Assembly (NCBI GenBank): GCA_028710495.1
Contig: JAQUST010000005.1
Span: forward strand, 1,476 to 65,475
Direction: 5' to 3'
From: Clostridia bacterium
GTDB lineage: Bacteria; Bacillota; Clostridia; Christensenellales; CAG-917
DNA length: 64,000 nucleotides
Shown: positions 29,515-39,127 of the stretch, in pieces
How positions within the stretch are numbered: the first letter of the stretch is position 1
Layout of the letters: each line of letters starts with the position of its first letter
Program-made: the position numbers and the translations under genes
The notes under the pieces: model-generated
Databases searched by the model: none
Told to the model about the DNA's origin: nothing
Seen by the model: the letters and a program-made list of their open reading frames with translations, nothing else

Positions 29515-29620
29515 ATCTACCTCAACATTTTTAGCCAAATATTATTGCAATAATTTGGTTTATACTATATACTTATGTGGAATTTGTCTAAAGTTTTCTT
29601 TCAAGGAGAAATATCTATAT

Positions 29621-31105
29621 ATGAGAAAAAAGTATTTGACAATAGTTGTATGCTTGTTGATGGTTGCTGTTTTGACAGTTGCCTTGACCGCTTGCAACAA
29701 ATACGAGTGGCAAACAGTTGCTGGCGGTGACCCAACCGCAGATGTAATTAGCAACGGTGGATATGCAGTTCAACAAGGCAATCATGTTTATTTTGTGAAC
29801 GGTTTTCAAGGCACAACAGCAGAAAACGCTTGGGGTACTGTTTATAAGCAGGGAATTATGAGAGCCACACTTGCTTCTGACGGCACAATTGACGCCGACA
29901 GCTATGCATTGGTAGTGCCAAAACTCATATATTCAAGTGATGCAAACAGCGGAATTGCTATTTTCGGAGAATGGATTTATTACGCAACTCCAAACAACGA
30001 AAAAGATAAAACCGGTGTGGCCTCCACAATAAATTTGGATTTTATGCGCACAAAGATTGACGGTTCTATCACTCAGAAAATTTATACTTTGGCAGCAAGA
30101 AGTTATCCATATCTTTTTACTTCAACACGCATTTTGTACTATAATGCAAATGTTATTTACGCCATTGATTTCAGCGGAATGAAGACGAATAAAGATATTT
30201 CAGACGGTGCAGGTGCTTATCGCGCAACACTTGCTTCAGATGTCACCTCATACACTTGGAAGTACGATTCAGATTTTGCAGCAAATCAAGGTACGGTTTC
30301 ATCAAACTATGTGCTTTACACCTCATCAACAACCGATACCACTCAATCTTATCGCTACTGCAACGAACTCAACATTATCAATATTGATGGAAGCGGAAAG
30401 TCAACACTAGTGAAATTTGATACCTACACAACAGACTACAAACTTGCGCTTTTGAATTCCATTGTTGAAGATGATCAATCATTCACAATTTATTACACAA
30501 AGACCAAGCAAGTTGGTTCAACCGAAACGGTTGACGGCGTTTTCTGCAACAAGATTGTTATCGCGGACATGGTTTTCAATGTTCAAACAGAAAAACAACT
30601 AACCGCAAATAAGCAAAGCACAATTTTCCCAATTAGTTATGAACAGGGAGCACTTATCACGGACACCACGGACAGCTTTGTATATTATTTGAACGGGACA
30701 GCAGGCACAAGTGAAACATATTCGAAGAAAGTTATCGGCAAAACAACATCAACCGCGCAATTTGTTTTGAATGTTGAAGGCAACTGGTATGTTTATTACA
30801 CTGACACTACAGATGCAAAAACAATCTATCGTATAAATCTTATTGAAGGCGAAGGTTCAAATCCAAACGAAGTAGCTGTTTTGACAGCGGGAACAATCAA
30901 ACTTGATTGGACAAAGCTTGATATGATAAAAAACGGCACAAGAATTGACTTCTTGTATTTCAATACTGGTGATTACACATATTTGCATCGTGCAAATCTT
31001 GCATCATTTGATGGTAGCAATGCATTGACTTCAAGTGAATTGTTCGGAAAAATGACAGATGAAGATATTGCGACAAAGACTGCAGCAGAAGAGAAAGAAG
31101 CATAA
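29621..31105 (+). CDS. lipoprotein, DUF5050-like beta-propeller
   Basis: The true start is the ATG at 29621, after AAGGAG (MRKKYLTIVVCLLMVAVLTVALTAC, with a lipobox). The 93 codons upstream in the track are antisense to 29233..29514. It has repeated motifs of the type NGGYAVQQGNHVYFVN / GEWIYYATPN. Confidence 0.7.
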   Translation: MRKKYLTIVVCLLMVAVLTVALTACNKYEWQTVAGGDPTADVISNGGYAVQQGNHVYFVNGFQGTTAENAWGTVYKQGIMRATLASDGTIDADSYALVVPKLIYSSDANSGIAIFGEWIYYATPNNEKDKTGVASTINLDFMRTKIDGSITQKIYTLAARSYPYLFTSTRILYYNANVIYAIDFSGMKTNKDISDGAGAYRATLASDVTSYTWKYDSDFAANQGTVSSNYVLYTSSTTDTTQSYRYCNELNIINIDGSGKSTLVKFDTYTTDYKLALLNSIVEDDQSFTIYYTKTKQVGSTETVDGVFCNKIVIADMVFNVQTEKQLTANKQSTIFPISYEQGALITDTTDSFVYYLNGTAGTSETYSKKVIGKTTSTAQFVLNVEGNWYVYYTDTTDAKTIYRINLIEGEGSNPNEVAVLTAGTIKLDWTKLDMIKNGTRIDFLYFNTGDYTYLHRANLASFDGSNALTSSELFGKMTDEDIATKTAAEEKEA

Positions 31106-31196
31106 AAAGAATTGTTCGGAAAAATGAAGATGAAAATGTTGCAATGAAAAGTGTGGAAATAGAGATAAAGTATTAAATGTATAGAAAAATAAAAAA

Positions 31197-31222
31197 CGCA
31201 CGCTTGCCGTGCGTTTTTTTGT
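31197..31222 (+). terminator. intrinsic terminator
   Basis: ACGCACG-CTTGC-CGTGCGT followed by TTTTTTTG. Confidence 0.8.
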
Positions 31223-31573
31223 TATATTAAGTTGAAATATGTTTTGATAAATTGATACGCAATACAAATAAAGAGATGCAATACAAATAATGAAATATAA
31301 ATTGCAAATCTGCATTGATAACAAACAGTAAACAATAAAAATTTTGTATTGATAAAAATTTATAAAATGGTAAAATGGATTTGATGAGGGAAGAATATAA
31401 AAGTACTCCACAAGGATAGCAAAAATTATAGATTAGTCAGTTTAAACCTTTTGTATTTAATATTTATTATATAGATAATAATAAATGCAGATAGTATAAT
31501 AAATAATCCTAAATAAAAATATGGTAAACGATGAAATAAAACTAAATGGAACAAGAATAATGAGGAGCAAAGA

Positions 31574-32305
31574 ATGAACACTAAAACTATACTAATTACA
31601 GGTTCGTCACGAGGTATAGGCGCGCAGATTGCAATGTCAGCAATCGATGAATACAATGTTGTGATTTGCTACAACAAAAATGAAGAAAAAGCTTTTGCTT
31701 TGCGCGATAAACTTTCAAAGATAGGCGGAGTTATTGCTTTGAAAGCAGATATTACTAAATCGAATGAGGTCGAAAAGCTTGTGCAAAACGCAACGGCATA
31801 TTTTGGGAAGATTGACATTTTGGTAAACTGCGCAGGAATAGCGCAACAAAAATTGTTTACGGACATAACAGATAATGATTGGAAAAATATGATATCAGTA
31901 AATCTTGACGGAGCTTTTTTTTGTTCGAGGGCGGTGCTTCCGCAAATGGTATCAAGAAAATCAGGAAAAATAATAAACATAACATCAATGTGGGGAGAGG
32001 TCGGGGCGAGTTGTGAAGTTCATTATTCCGCAGCAAAAGCAGGGCTGATAGGATTGACAAAAGCGTTGGCGAAAGAAGTCGCGCCCTCAAATATAACTGT
32101 CAATGCAGTTTCTGCAGGAGCTATCCAAACTGATATGCTAAGCGCGTTGGGAGAAGATGTAATTCAAATGATAAAAGAAGAAACTCCGCTGGGCAGGATT
32201 GGCTTGACGAGCGATATCGCAAAAGCTGTTTTGTTTTTGGCGAGTGATAATGCCGACTTTATAACTGGACAAATACTCTCCGTAAATGGAGGCTACAATA
32301 TTTAG
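31574..32305 (+). CDS. SDR-family oxidoreductase (3-oxoacyl-ACP reductase-like)
   Basis: It has the cofactor motif ITGSSRGIGAQIA, NCAG, and the catalytic YSAAKAG (YxxxK). Length is 243 aa. Confidence 0.85.
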   Translation: MNTKTILITGSSRGIGAQIAMSAIDEYNVVICYNKNEEKAFALRDKLSKIGGVIALKADITKSNEVEKLVQNATAYFGKIDILVNCAGIAQQKLFTDITDNDWKNMISVNLDGAFFCSRAVLPQMVSRKSGKIINITSMWGEVGASCEVHYSAAKAGLIGLTKALAKEVAPSNITVNAVSAGAIQTDMLSALGEDVIQMIKEETPLGRIGLTSDIAKAVLFLASDNADFITGQILSVNGGYNI

Positions 32306-32884
32306 ATAGATTGAATTTTTAGATTTGTAATGATATTTTTTTCATTTGTGACTGTTATAATGTCTAAAAAGAAGATATTGGTAAGTAAACTGTAATTTTA
32401 TATTCGATATTCCTCGCGGTAAAAACATTTAAGTACATATGCATAGTTAAGATGGCAATATTTAATAAATATTCAAGTTATGCATATTTATTAGTTTTAA
32501 GAAAACTTAAGAAGTGTATAACGACAAATGATTAGATTAATTTATCTGCAGTATAATTTAATAGTCTGCAAGTGATTATTTACGAAAAATTACAGCTCTG
32601 CTATCTTTAACTTTTTTCTAACTGTAAATAAATATTCAAAGATATTACTCACTAATTATAGAATTGTCGCATAAACTCGGAATAATAGGAAAAATATTTA
32701 TAAATTAAAGATGAAGAAATGTCAACTTGTACCCTTAAACTCGCAAAACATTAAAAAATTGTAAACAATAATATGCATAAATGTTGACATAATAATTGAA
32801 AATTAACACAATGGCTTACAAAATGCGCGTTTATAAATTCTTTTTGTCGAAAATCGGCATTGTAAGTTTATTTATTTATTAAAG

Positions 32885-32914
32885 TTGACAATCAATTATT
32901 CTTTATATTATAAT
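32885..32914 (+). promoter_or_regulatory. near-consensus promoter of the 902-aa lipoprotein gene
   Basis: TTGACA (32885-32890), an 18-nt spacer, then TATAAT (32909-32914). Confidence 0.6.
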
Positions 32915-32953
32915 AAATTCACTATCAAAAAAACAAATAGTATGGAGGACATT

Positions 32954-35662
32954 ATGAAGAAATTTGACTTTAAGAAGTTGCTTATTCTGGTTTTGGCACT
33001 TGCGCTCGTCTTTTCTCTCGTCGCTTGCGGTGGTGGTGGTGACACTGACGAACCGATCGACCCTGAAGAGCCTGTGACATTAACTGCTAGTGACTACTTT
33101 ACAGCATTGTGGAACGCGTCAAAGGGAATTGGCTCAACCGCAATTGCAAGCACATCAGACCTGAATTTTGAAATGGGGGCAGACATCGATCTTGCTATAA
33201 AGACAGGAACAGTCACCACTCTCGAATACAAACTCGGTTTGGACATAAAGGCTGTCTATGACCGTGACAACACTGGTTCTGACGAAAATGTTGGTCGTTA
33301 CAGTGCAGCTACGATTCAGCTCGTGGATAGAACAAAAACTACTGATGGCAATTTGATTTCGCTTTATTACTATCTAGATGAGCCGACAATTGTTTATGCT
33401 CAAATTTATGACCAAAGCATAAAAATTCAATTCAATGCTGACAATGGCGACGGAACTGCCGCAAATGCAACAGTTGTGTCCGGCCTCACTGATATGCTCA
33501 ATGAAACAATGTCAAGTGAAAATACATTTGTCAATAACAAGAGCATCGATGACATGATTATGCAATTTACAAGCTCATTTGGTCCAGACTTTGATTTAGA
33601 CGATGTAGTTGGTATTGTTATGAATATGATGGGCGTGGATATGACCGAACTTATTGACATGGTTCAAGGCTTTATCAGTTTTGAAGTCGCAGATGAAGAT
33701 AACGCAAGCTTGCTTGATGTTTTGAATGGACTTGGTAAAGTTGCTATCGGCAACATCAAAAAGACCGCAAACACAACAGGTTACACCTGGTCAGCAACAT
33801 TGAACTCAGTTGTTAAGACATTGCTTTCGGGCTACACAGATGGACTCATCAATGACGCAAACACAACAATTGGTTTAACATTTGACACAAACACAGATGG
33901 AAACGATATCGAAAACTTTGCTATTAGCCTTGAAAGAAAGAATATCACTTCCAACACAACACTCAACGCAAAAATTGCTATCACATCGCTTTCAGCTAGT
34001 GCAACAACAGCGACAACATCAGGCACAGGTTCCGTTTTTGGAATGGAAAAAACAGACTTCAAATCGGATTATCAAATCAACCTTGATGCAATCGTTTCAC
34101 TTTCTGATGCAATGCTCAAAGTCACATATGATGATGGAGCAGGCGTTGATTCATATGCTTCAATCGCAGCCCTTTACTCAGATAGCGTTTCATCAATTGC
34201 AGCGCTTGAAGGTCAAGAATTTGCAGGTGTTTTGAGAATCGAAGCAGACGGAATGGTCAATCTTCTAAAGAGTGACAGTTCAACCGGTGCATATGCACAA
34301 GTTTATTACAAGACAAACGAAACATCAGCAGTTGAAACATTGATTGTTGAAGCAAACTTTGATAACACAGACGGTATTGGCGTTGCAAAAATCTGGATGG
34401 ACAACACAAATCAATATGCAGAAATCGCACGCGATTATCTCCTTTTGAACCTTGTCAAATCATTGCACAATTCAAACGAATACACTGCAGTTGATCCTGA
34501 AAATCCAACTCGTGCAGAACTTCTTGCGGGTTCAAACGGCGCAGCCATTGCTTCAATCATCGGCGCACTAAACACTGATGCAGACACTTATTATATCAAG
34601 GGTATTGAACTTCAAACAATGCTTTGGGATTTATGTTGCGTAGATGACAAGGAAAGTGATTCCGACAACTCTTATGACAATGTATTTATGGAGCTTCCAG
34701 CATCAATGTATCCATGGGGTGTTGACTTCCTCGCAATTGCAAAAACTGCAGTTAATGTTGCATCACAATCTTCATCTAATGCACTTGGACTTTCAGTCAA
34801 TGGAATCGCAAACACCTTCTTGGCGCAAGTTGTGAACAGCAATAATGCAATCACAAACTTTGGTATTTTCAAGACCAACTGGGCGCTTTCAAACAGCGGT
34901 GTCACATACGGTTCATTTGAAAACCTTACCGATATTTATTCATGGTTCTACAAAGGTTCACAAGATGTTATCGTTCGTATGACCGATGCAGGAATTATTG
35001 GAGCAATCAGTCTTGTTCAAAATACTTCCGGAACCTATTGTTACAATGATGACGGCGAATTAGTTGTTTATGAAGCAGCACTTGGAACTAGAACTCGTTA
35101 CAATACTGTCAAATCAACTGATCCTGCAGATGCAGCTTTGATTGGTCAAGGAACATGGTTCTATCAGAACAGTTCAACACTTACAAAGACAGAAACAAGA
35201 AAAATTTGGGCAGCTGCAACAAATACTTGGACTTATGGCAATAACCTTACAGTAGAAAAAATCAACACTGATCCTGTTACAACAGAAGAAAGAACAGAAA
35301 TTTATGAATCTTGCATCGAGTTTGGTCTTATCAATGCACTTGACGGTAGCTCATTTATCGGCGGCGCAATTGTAGACGCAGACAATGGCGCATGGCTCAC
35401 AAATATTTTGGCTGGCGAAGTCGCGGGAAGCATCTCATACGTTACAGAAGACGGAATAACTTTCAACTTGTCATACACTGATGTTGCAGACAATGTTGCA
35501 AGCATTCAAATCACTGCAAGTATTGATGCACTCAACAGCGCATATGTTGTTTCAACAGGCACAAACCTTTCATTTGACGAAGCCGGAGCAGATTGTGTTC
35601 TCGATATATCAAGCTATATGGATCAAGTAAGAGCAGATTACGCAGAACAAATTGCTGGTTAA
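32954..35662 (+). CDS. large orphan lipoprotein (902 aa, T/S/N/D/A-rich)
   Basis: The ATG at 32954 is preceded by GGAGG. The signal peptide has the lipobox LVAC followed by GGGGDTDEP. I recognise no conserved domain. Confidence 0.75.
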   Translation: MKKFDFKKLLILVLALALVFSLVACGGGGDTDEPIDPEEPVTLTASDYFTALWNASKGIGSTAIASTSDLNFEMGADIDLAIKTGTVTTLEYKLGLDIKAVYDRDNTGSDENVGRYSAATIQLVDRTKTTDGNLISLYYYLDEPTIVYAQIYDQSIKIQFNADNGDGTAANATVVSGLTDMLNETMSSENTFVNNKSIDDMIMQFTSSFGPDFDLDDVVGIVMNMMGVDMTELIDMVQGFISFEVADEDNASLLDVLNGLGKVAIGNIKKTANTTGYTWSATLNSVVKTLLSGYTDGLINDANTTIGLTFDTNTDGNDIENFAISLERKNITSNTTLNAKIAITSLSASATTATTSGTGSVFGMEKTDFKSDYQINLDAIVSLSDAMLKVTYDDGAGVDSYASIAALYSDSVSSIAALEGQEFAGVLRIEADGMVNLLKSDSSTGAYAQVYYKTNETSAVETLIVEANFDNTDGIGVAKIWMDNTNQYAEIARDYLLLNLVKSLHNSNEYTAVDPENPTRAELLAGSNGAAIASIIGALNTDADTYYIKGIELQTMLWDLCCVDDKESDSDNSYDNVFMELPASMYPWGVDFLAIAKTAVNVASQSSSNALGLSVNGIANTFLAQVVNSNNAITNFGIFKTNWALSNSGVTYGSFENLTDIYSWFYKGSQDVIVRMTDAGIIGAISLVQNTSGTYCYNDDGELVVYEAALGTRTRYNTVKSTDPADAALIGQGTWFYQNSSTLTKTETRKIWAAATNTWTYGNNLTVEKINTDPVTTEERTEIYESCIEFGLINALDGSSFIGGAIVDADNGAWLTNILAGEVAGSISYVTEDGITFNLSYTDVADNVASIQITASIDALNSAYVVSTGTNLSFDEAGADCVLDISSYMDQVRADYAEQIAG

Positions 35663-35733
35663 TTATCTAATAATGAAAATCGATTAAGAAATTTTGAAGA
35701 CATATCGGTTCTAATTAATATTATTAACAATTC

Positions 35734-35765
35734 AAAACCCCACGCATTTGCGTGGGGTTTTGTTT
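35734..35765. terminator. bidirectional intrinsic terminator
   Basis: AAAACCCCACGC-ATTT-GCGTGGGGTTTTGTTTG. Confidence 0.85.
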
Positions 35766-36115
35766 GCTAATTTTTGTTGCAGTATGAATAATTCAAAAAC
35801 TGCTATAACAATAATTTGACTGCATTTTCAAAATGAAATTATAATTTAATAAATACCATTTTATAAATAAGATATTGTAGAGTGACAATTTATCTGCATT
35901 TACAAAAAATAAGCTAAGTCTAAATGACAGAAAAAATAGTTATTATAAGAAACTAATCGATTATGCGCCTATTCAAACGCAGTCACAAATAATGCTTATA
36001 TCAATTTAGGTTGATAAACTAATCGATTATGCTACTTTTCAAATGCCACAACTGCCAACCAACTGTTTTTAGAAATAATAAAATTGAAAAGAAGTTGGCG
36101 AAAATAGGCATTTAA

Positions 36116-38071
36116 TCAGTCGACTGTTACGGACTTTGCAAGATTTCGCGGTTTATCAGGGTCAAGTCCGAACGCTTTTGAAGTGGAAAGCGCAAGCTGT
36201 TGAAGAGGTATGACCGCCGAAATGACCGAAAGAAGTTTATCATTGTGCTTAGGCAGTTTTATTGTTATATCACCCTCGCAATCTAGATTTGTCAGCACGA
36301 TTGTGTTTGCGCCACGCGATTTCAATTCGTTTAGAGAAGTTTGCATTTTATTTTTTTCACGCTCCTCTGTCAAAACTGCAACTACAAGCGACTGTTTATC
36401 GATAAGAGCTATCGTACCATGCTTAAGTTCTCCCGCGGGTTGAGCATCAGTCATATTGTAAGTGATTTCCTTAAACTTCAATGCGCCCTCACGCGCTGTT
36501 ATAAAGTCCAGACCGCGACCAATAAAAAAGAATTTCTGCTCACTTTCCAAACGGAAAGGTGAAGGTCTTTGGCAAAGTAAATTACACTCGTTTATCAAAT
36601 TGTATATTTCGTCCTCTTTTGCAATTTTGCCAACAAGCTTGTGTGCTATCAAGTATAAAGCAAGAAGTTGTGAGTTGAATGATTTTGTTGCCGCAACAGC
36701 AATTTCTGCTCCGCAGTTGAGAAGAAGTGTAAAATCCGACTCATACGAAAGACTGCTTCCCTTGACGTTTGTCAATGCAAGTGTCGTTGCACCTTTATCT
36801 TTTGCCCTTTTTTGTGCCAATAGAGTGTCAGCAGTTTCTCCGCTTTGACTTATAAAAACTGCGAGAGTGTGCTCATTCAAAAAATTACAGCCGTAAAATT
36901 CACTTGCGATGACAGCTTCCGATGGGAGTTCTGCTATTTCCTCAAAGCAATACTTGCCAAACAATGCCGCATGATAAGCTGTTCCACAACCCACGAGCAC
37001 AACGCGATTATACTTGTTGTTGGAAAACAAATTGTCCAGATTTGTTGTACAAAAAGAATGATAAGTGCGTTTTAGGGCACAAGGAATTTCAAGTATTTCG
37101 CTTTGCATATGACAATCCATAGGTTCAAAGTGCTGCGTATCGAGTTTTGAAATTGTTTGTGGAATTTCTTTCCCATTGAAATAAACTTTCACTTTTAGCG
37201 GCGATATTACGGCTAGTTGTTCATCACGCAAAATGATAGCGCGGGAAGTATATGCTGAAAGTGCCAAGATATCGCTTGCTACGAGATTTTCATTCTCACC
37301 AAGTCCAATTATGAGAGAGGCTCGCTTGCGATAAGCAACGATTTCTGTCGGGTTGACAACAGAGGTTGCCAAGATAGTGAATGAGCCTTTAAGTCGCGCG
37401 ACAGTGGCTTCAACAGCCTTCTTCAAGTCGCTCTTGAGATTGAGAGCGATAAAGTGGGCAATAAGTTCGCTGTCAGTGTCAGATGCGAAATTGATGCCAA
37501 AGGTTTTCAATTCTTCTTTGAGTTCAAGATAGTTTTCAATAATTCCGTTGTGACATATTGCCACACGCTTATCGAAAGACAAGTGCGGATGAGCATTTCT
37601 TGCGGAGGGTTCGCCGTGCGTTGCCCAACGGGTATGCCCTATTGCAGTGTGCGGTGGATCAGATGCGATAGCAACATTTGGCACAATGTTTTCTATAAAT
37701 TTGGGTGATTGTTTTGCCAAGCAAGAGTCACAGGAAAATTGTTGAGAATGTGGATTTTTGAATTCGGTTATTTCAGCAACTTGCATATTATTTTTCGGTG
37801 GAGATTGCGATTTGCTGTCTGCAGAAATTCTCGCCAAATTTTGTGTTTCGCAAGTCTGCATATCGGTTGTAGAAACCGATGTCTCAGATATATTAGGATA
37901 AGGAAGTTTCGCAAGTGCCGAAACTCTGCCTTTGTCTTTGACAATATGTAATTCGCCATCATTAGTGACATAGCCTGCGGAATCATAACCACGATATTCT
38001 AGCAATTCCAAGCCGTAAAGAACGACTTCACGCGCATTTTTTATTCCGGTATAGCCCACAATTCCGCACAT
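36116..38071 (-). CDS. glmS: glutamine--fructose-6-phosphate aminotransferase
   Basis: It begins MCGIVGYTG (Ntn Cys1) and has GHTRWATHG, two SIS domains and C-terminal ...NLAKSVTVD. At 651 aa it is longer than usual because of a roughly 70-aa insertion in the glutaminase domain. Confidence 0.93.
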   Translation of the reverse strand: MCGIVGYTGIKNAREVVLYGLELLEYRGYDSAGYVTNDGELHIVKDKGRVSALAKLPYPNISETSVSTTDMQTCETQNLARISADSKSQSPPKNNMQVAEITEFKNPHSQQFSCDSCLAKQSPKFIENIVPNVAIASDPPHTAIGHTRWATHGEPSARNAHPHLSFDKRVAICHNGIIENYLELKEELKTFGINFASDTDSELIAHFIALNLKSDLKKAVEATVARLKGSFTILATSVVNPTEIVAYRKRASLIIGLGENENLVASDILALSAYTSRAIILRDEQLAVISPLKVKVYFNGKEIPQTISKLDTQHFEPMDCHMQSEILEIPCALKRTYHSFCTTNLDNLFSNNKYNRVVLVGCGTAYHAALFGKYCFEEIAELPSEAVIASEFYGCNFLNEHTLAVFISQSGETADTLLAQKRAKDKGATTLALTNVKGSSLSYESDFTLLLNCGAEIAVAATKSFNSQLLALYLIAHKLVGKIAKEDEIYNLINECNLLCQRPSPFRLESEQKFFFIGRGLDFITAREGALKFKEITYNMTDAQPAGELKHGTIALIDKQSLVVAVLTEEREKNKMQTSLNELKSRGANTIVLTNLDCEGDITIKLPKHNDKLLSVISAVIPLQQLALSTSKAFGLDPDKPRNLAKSVTVD

Positions 38072-38336
38072 AATTCCTCCATATATACATACAACATTTT
38101 ATTATATGCAGAAACTATGAAGTTCGCACTTTACAAGTATATAGATTTAGAGGGAAAACATAATTAATTGTTTGTTTATTATATATCAGCGTAAATATTG
38201 CACAAGAAAAAAATAAGTGTTTTATGGAGTCGGTAAGTTCTAGAGTCATTATGAAAATTGAACAATAAGTTCGACGCAAGAATAAAGATACGCAAGCATA
38301 AAATACACAAGCAATAAGACACTGCACACAATAAAT

Positions 38337-38453
38337 CACGCATGTCTAGCAAGTCTACAAATGCACGCAAGTCTGCAAATGCACGCAAGTCCACAAAGGC
38401 ACGCAAGTCCACAAAGGCACGCAAGCTACAAAGCACGCAAGTCTACAAAGGCT
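38337..38453. repeat. tandem array of about six 18-bp units, GCACGCAAGTCYRCAAAK
   Basis: The units are at 38363-38380, 38381-38398, 38399-38416, 38417-38432 (16 bp) and 38433-38450, plus a degenerate leading copy from 38337. Confidence 0.9.
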
Positions 38454-38506
38454 AGTGTTTTGTATCTTGAGTACTGACTTGCTACAATTGGCTTTTGCTA
38501 TCTTAA

Positions 38507-38535
38507 TTGACAATAAAGGCATAGTGATATATAAT
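38507..38535 (+). promoter_or_regulatory. perfect-consensus sigma-70 promoter of the XRE-cupin regulator gene
   Basis: TTGACA (38507-38512), a 17-nt spacer, then TATAAT (38530-38535). Confidence 0.65.
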
Positions 38536-38560
38536 TATTAAAATTAGTGCGGAGGCGCGT

Positions 38561-39127
38561 ATGTCAAACACAATCGAAATCGCAGAAAGACTTAAGGGGC
38601 TTAGAGAGATGATGGAAATCACGCCCGAAGAAATGGCAACCGTATGTGGAATGTCAACTGAATTTTATATTGAACACGAATCGGGGAATGTTGACTTTTC
38701 CGTGACAATGTTATGCAACTGCGCTGAAAGATTTGGTGTTGATGTTACTGCATTATTCACAGGAGAAACTCCAAAACTCTGCTCATTTTCGATTGTTCGT
38801 GCTGGAGACGGCTTGTCGGTTGAACGCCGTCATAGCTTCACCTATCAGCACTTGGCATCGCATTTCAAAGCAAGAGAGGCAGAGCCGTTTTTGGTCAATG
38901 CGCCATATTTTGCAGAAGAACAGGACAAACCTATTCATCTTTCATCACACAAAGGTCAGGAAATTGATTATATATTGTCAGGCAAACTTCGAATTTCGAT
39001 AAACGGAAAAGAAGAAATACTCAATGAAGGCGACACTGCTTATTATGATAGCGGGCTTCCTCACGGTATGATAGCGGTAAGCGGAGAGCCTTGCAAATTT
39101 ATTGCTATCGTTCTGAAAAAGAGCTAG
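38561..39127 (+). CDS. XRE-family HTH transcriptional regulator with a C-terminal cupin domain
   Basis: It has an N-terminal HTH_3-like segment (IAERLKGLREMMEITPEEMATVCGMS) and a C-terminal cupin_2 domain (HKGQEIDYILSGKL...GDTAYYDSGLPHGM). Confidence 0.8.
   Translation: MSNTIEIAERLKGLREMMEITPEEMATVCGMSTEFYIEHESGNVDFSVTMLCNCAERFGVDVTALFTGETPKLCSFSIVRAGDGLSVERRHSFTYQHLASHFKAREAEPFLVNAPYFAEEQDKPIHLSSHKGQEIDYILSGKLRISINGKEEILNEGDTAYYDSGLPHGMIAVSGEPCKFIAIVLKKS

Noticed and set aside
29342-29620. A 93-codon N-terminal extension of the DUF5050-like lipoprotein ORF.
   Set aside because: The extension is antisense to 29233..29514 and starts at a non-ATG codon. A canonical SD, ATG and lipoprotein signal peptide begin at 29621.
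31031-31656. Minus-strand ORFs of 126 and 76 aa in the gap before the SDR gene.
   Set aside because: They are AT-rich intergenic sequence giving Ile/Phe/Tyr/Leu-rich translations. They have no SD and span a + strand terminator.
38179-38436. An 85-aa minus-strand ORF with repeated LRAFVD.
   Set aside because: It is simply the translation of the 18-bp tandem array. It lies in a promoter region and has no SD.
38337-38453. The tandem arrays (also 47086-47203 and 39121-39247) as CRISPR arrays.
   Set aside because: The units are 18-32 bp and directly abutting with no unique spacers. There are no cas genes, and the copies are degenerate rather than identical.
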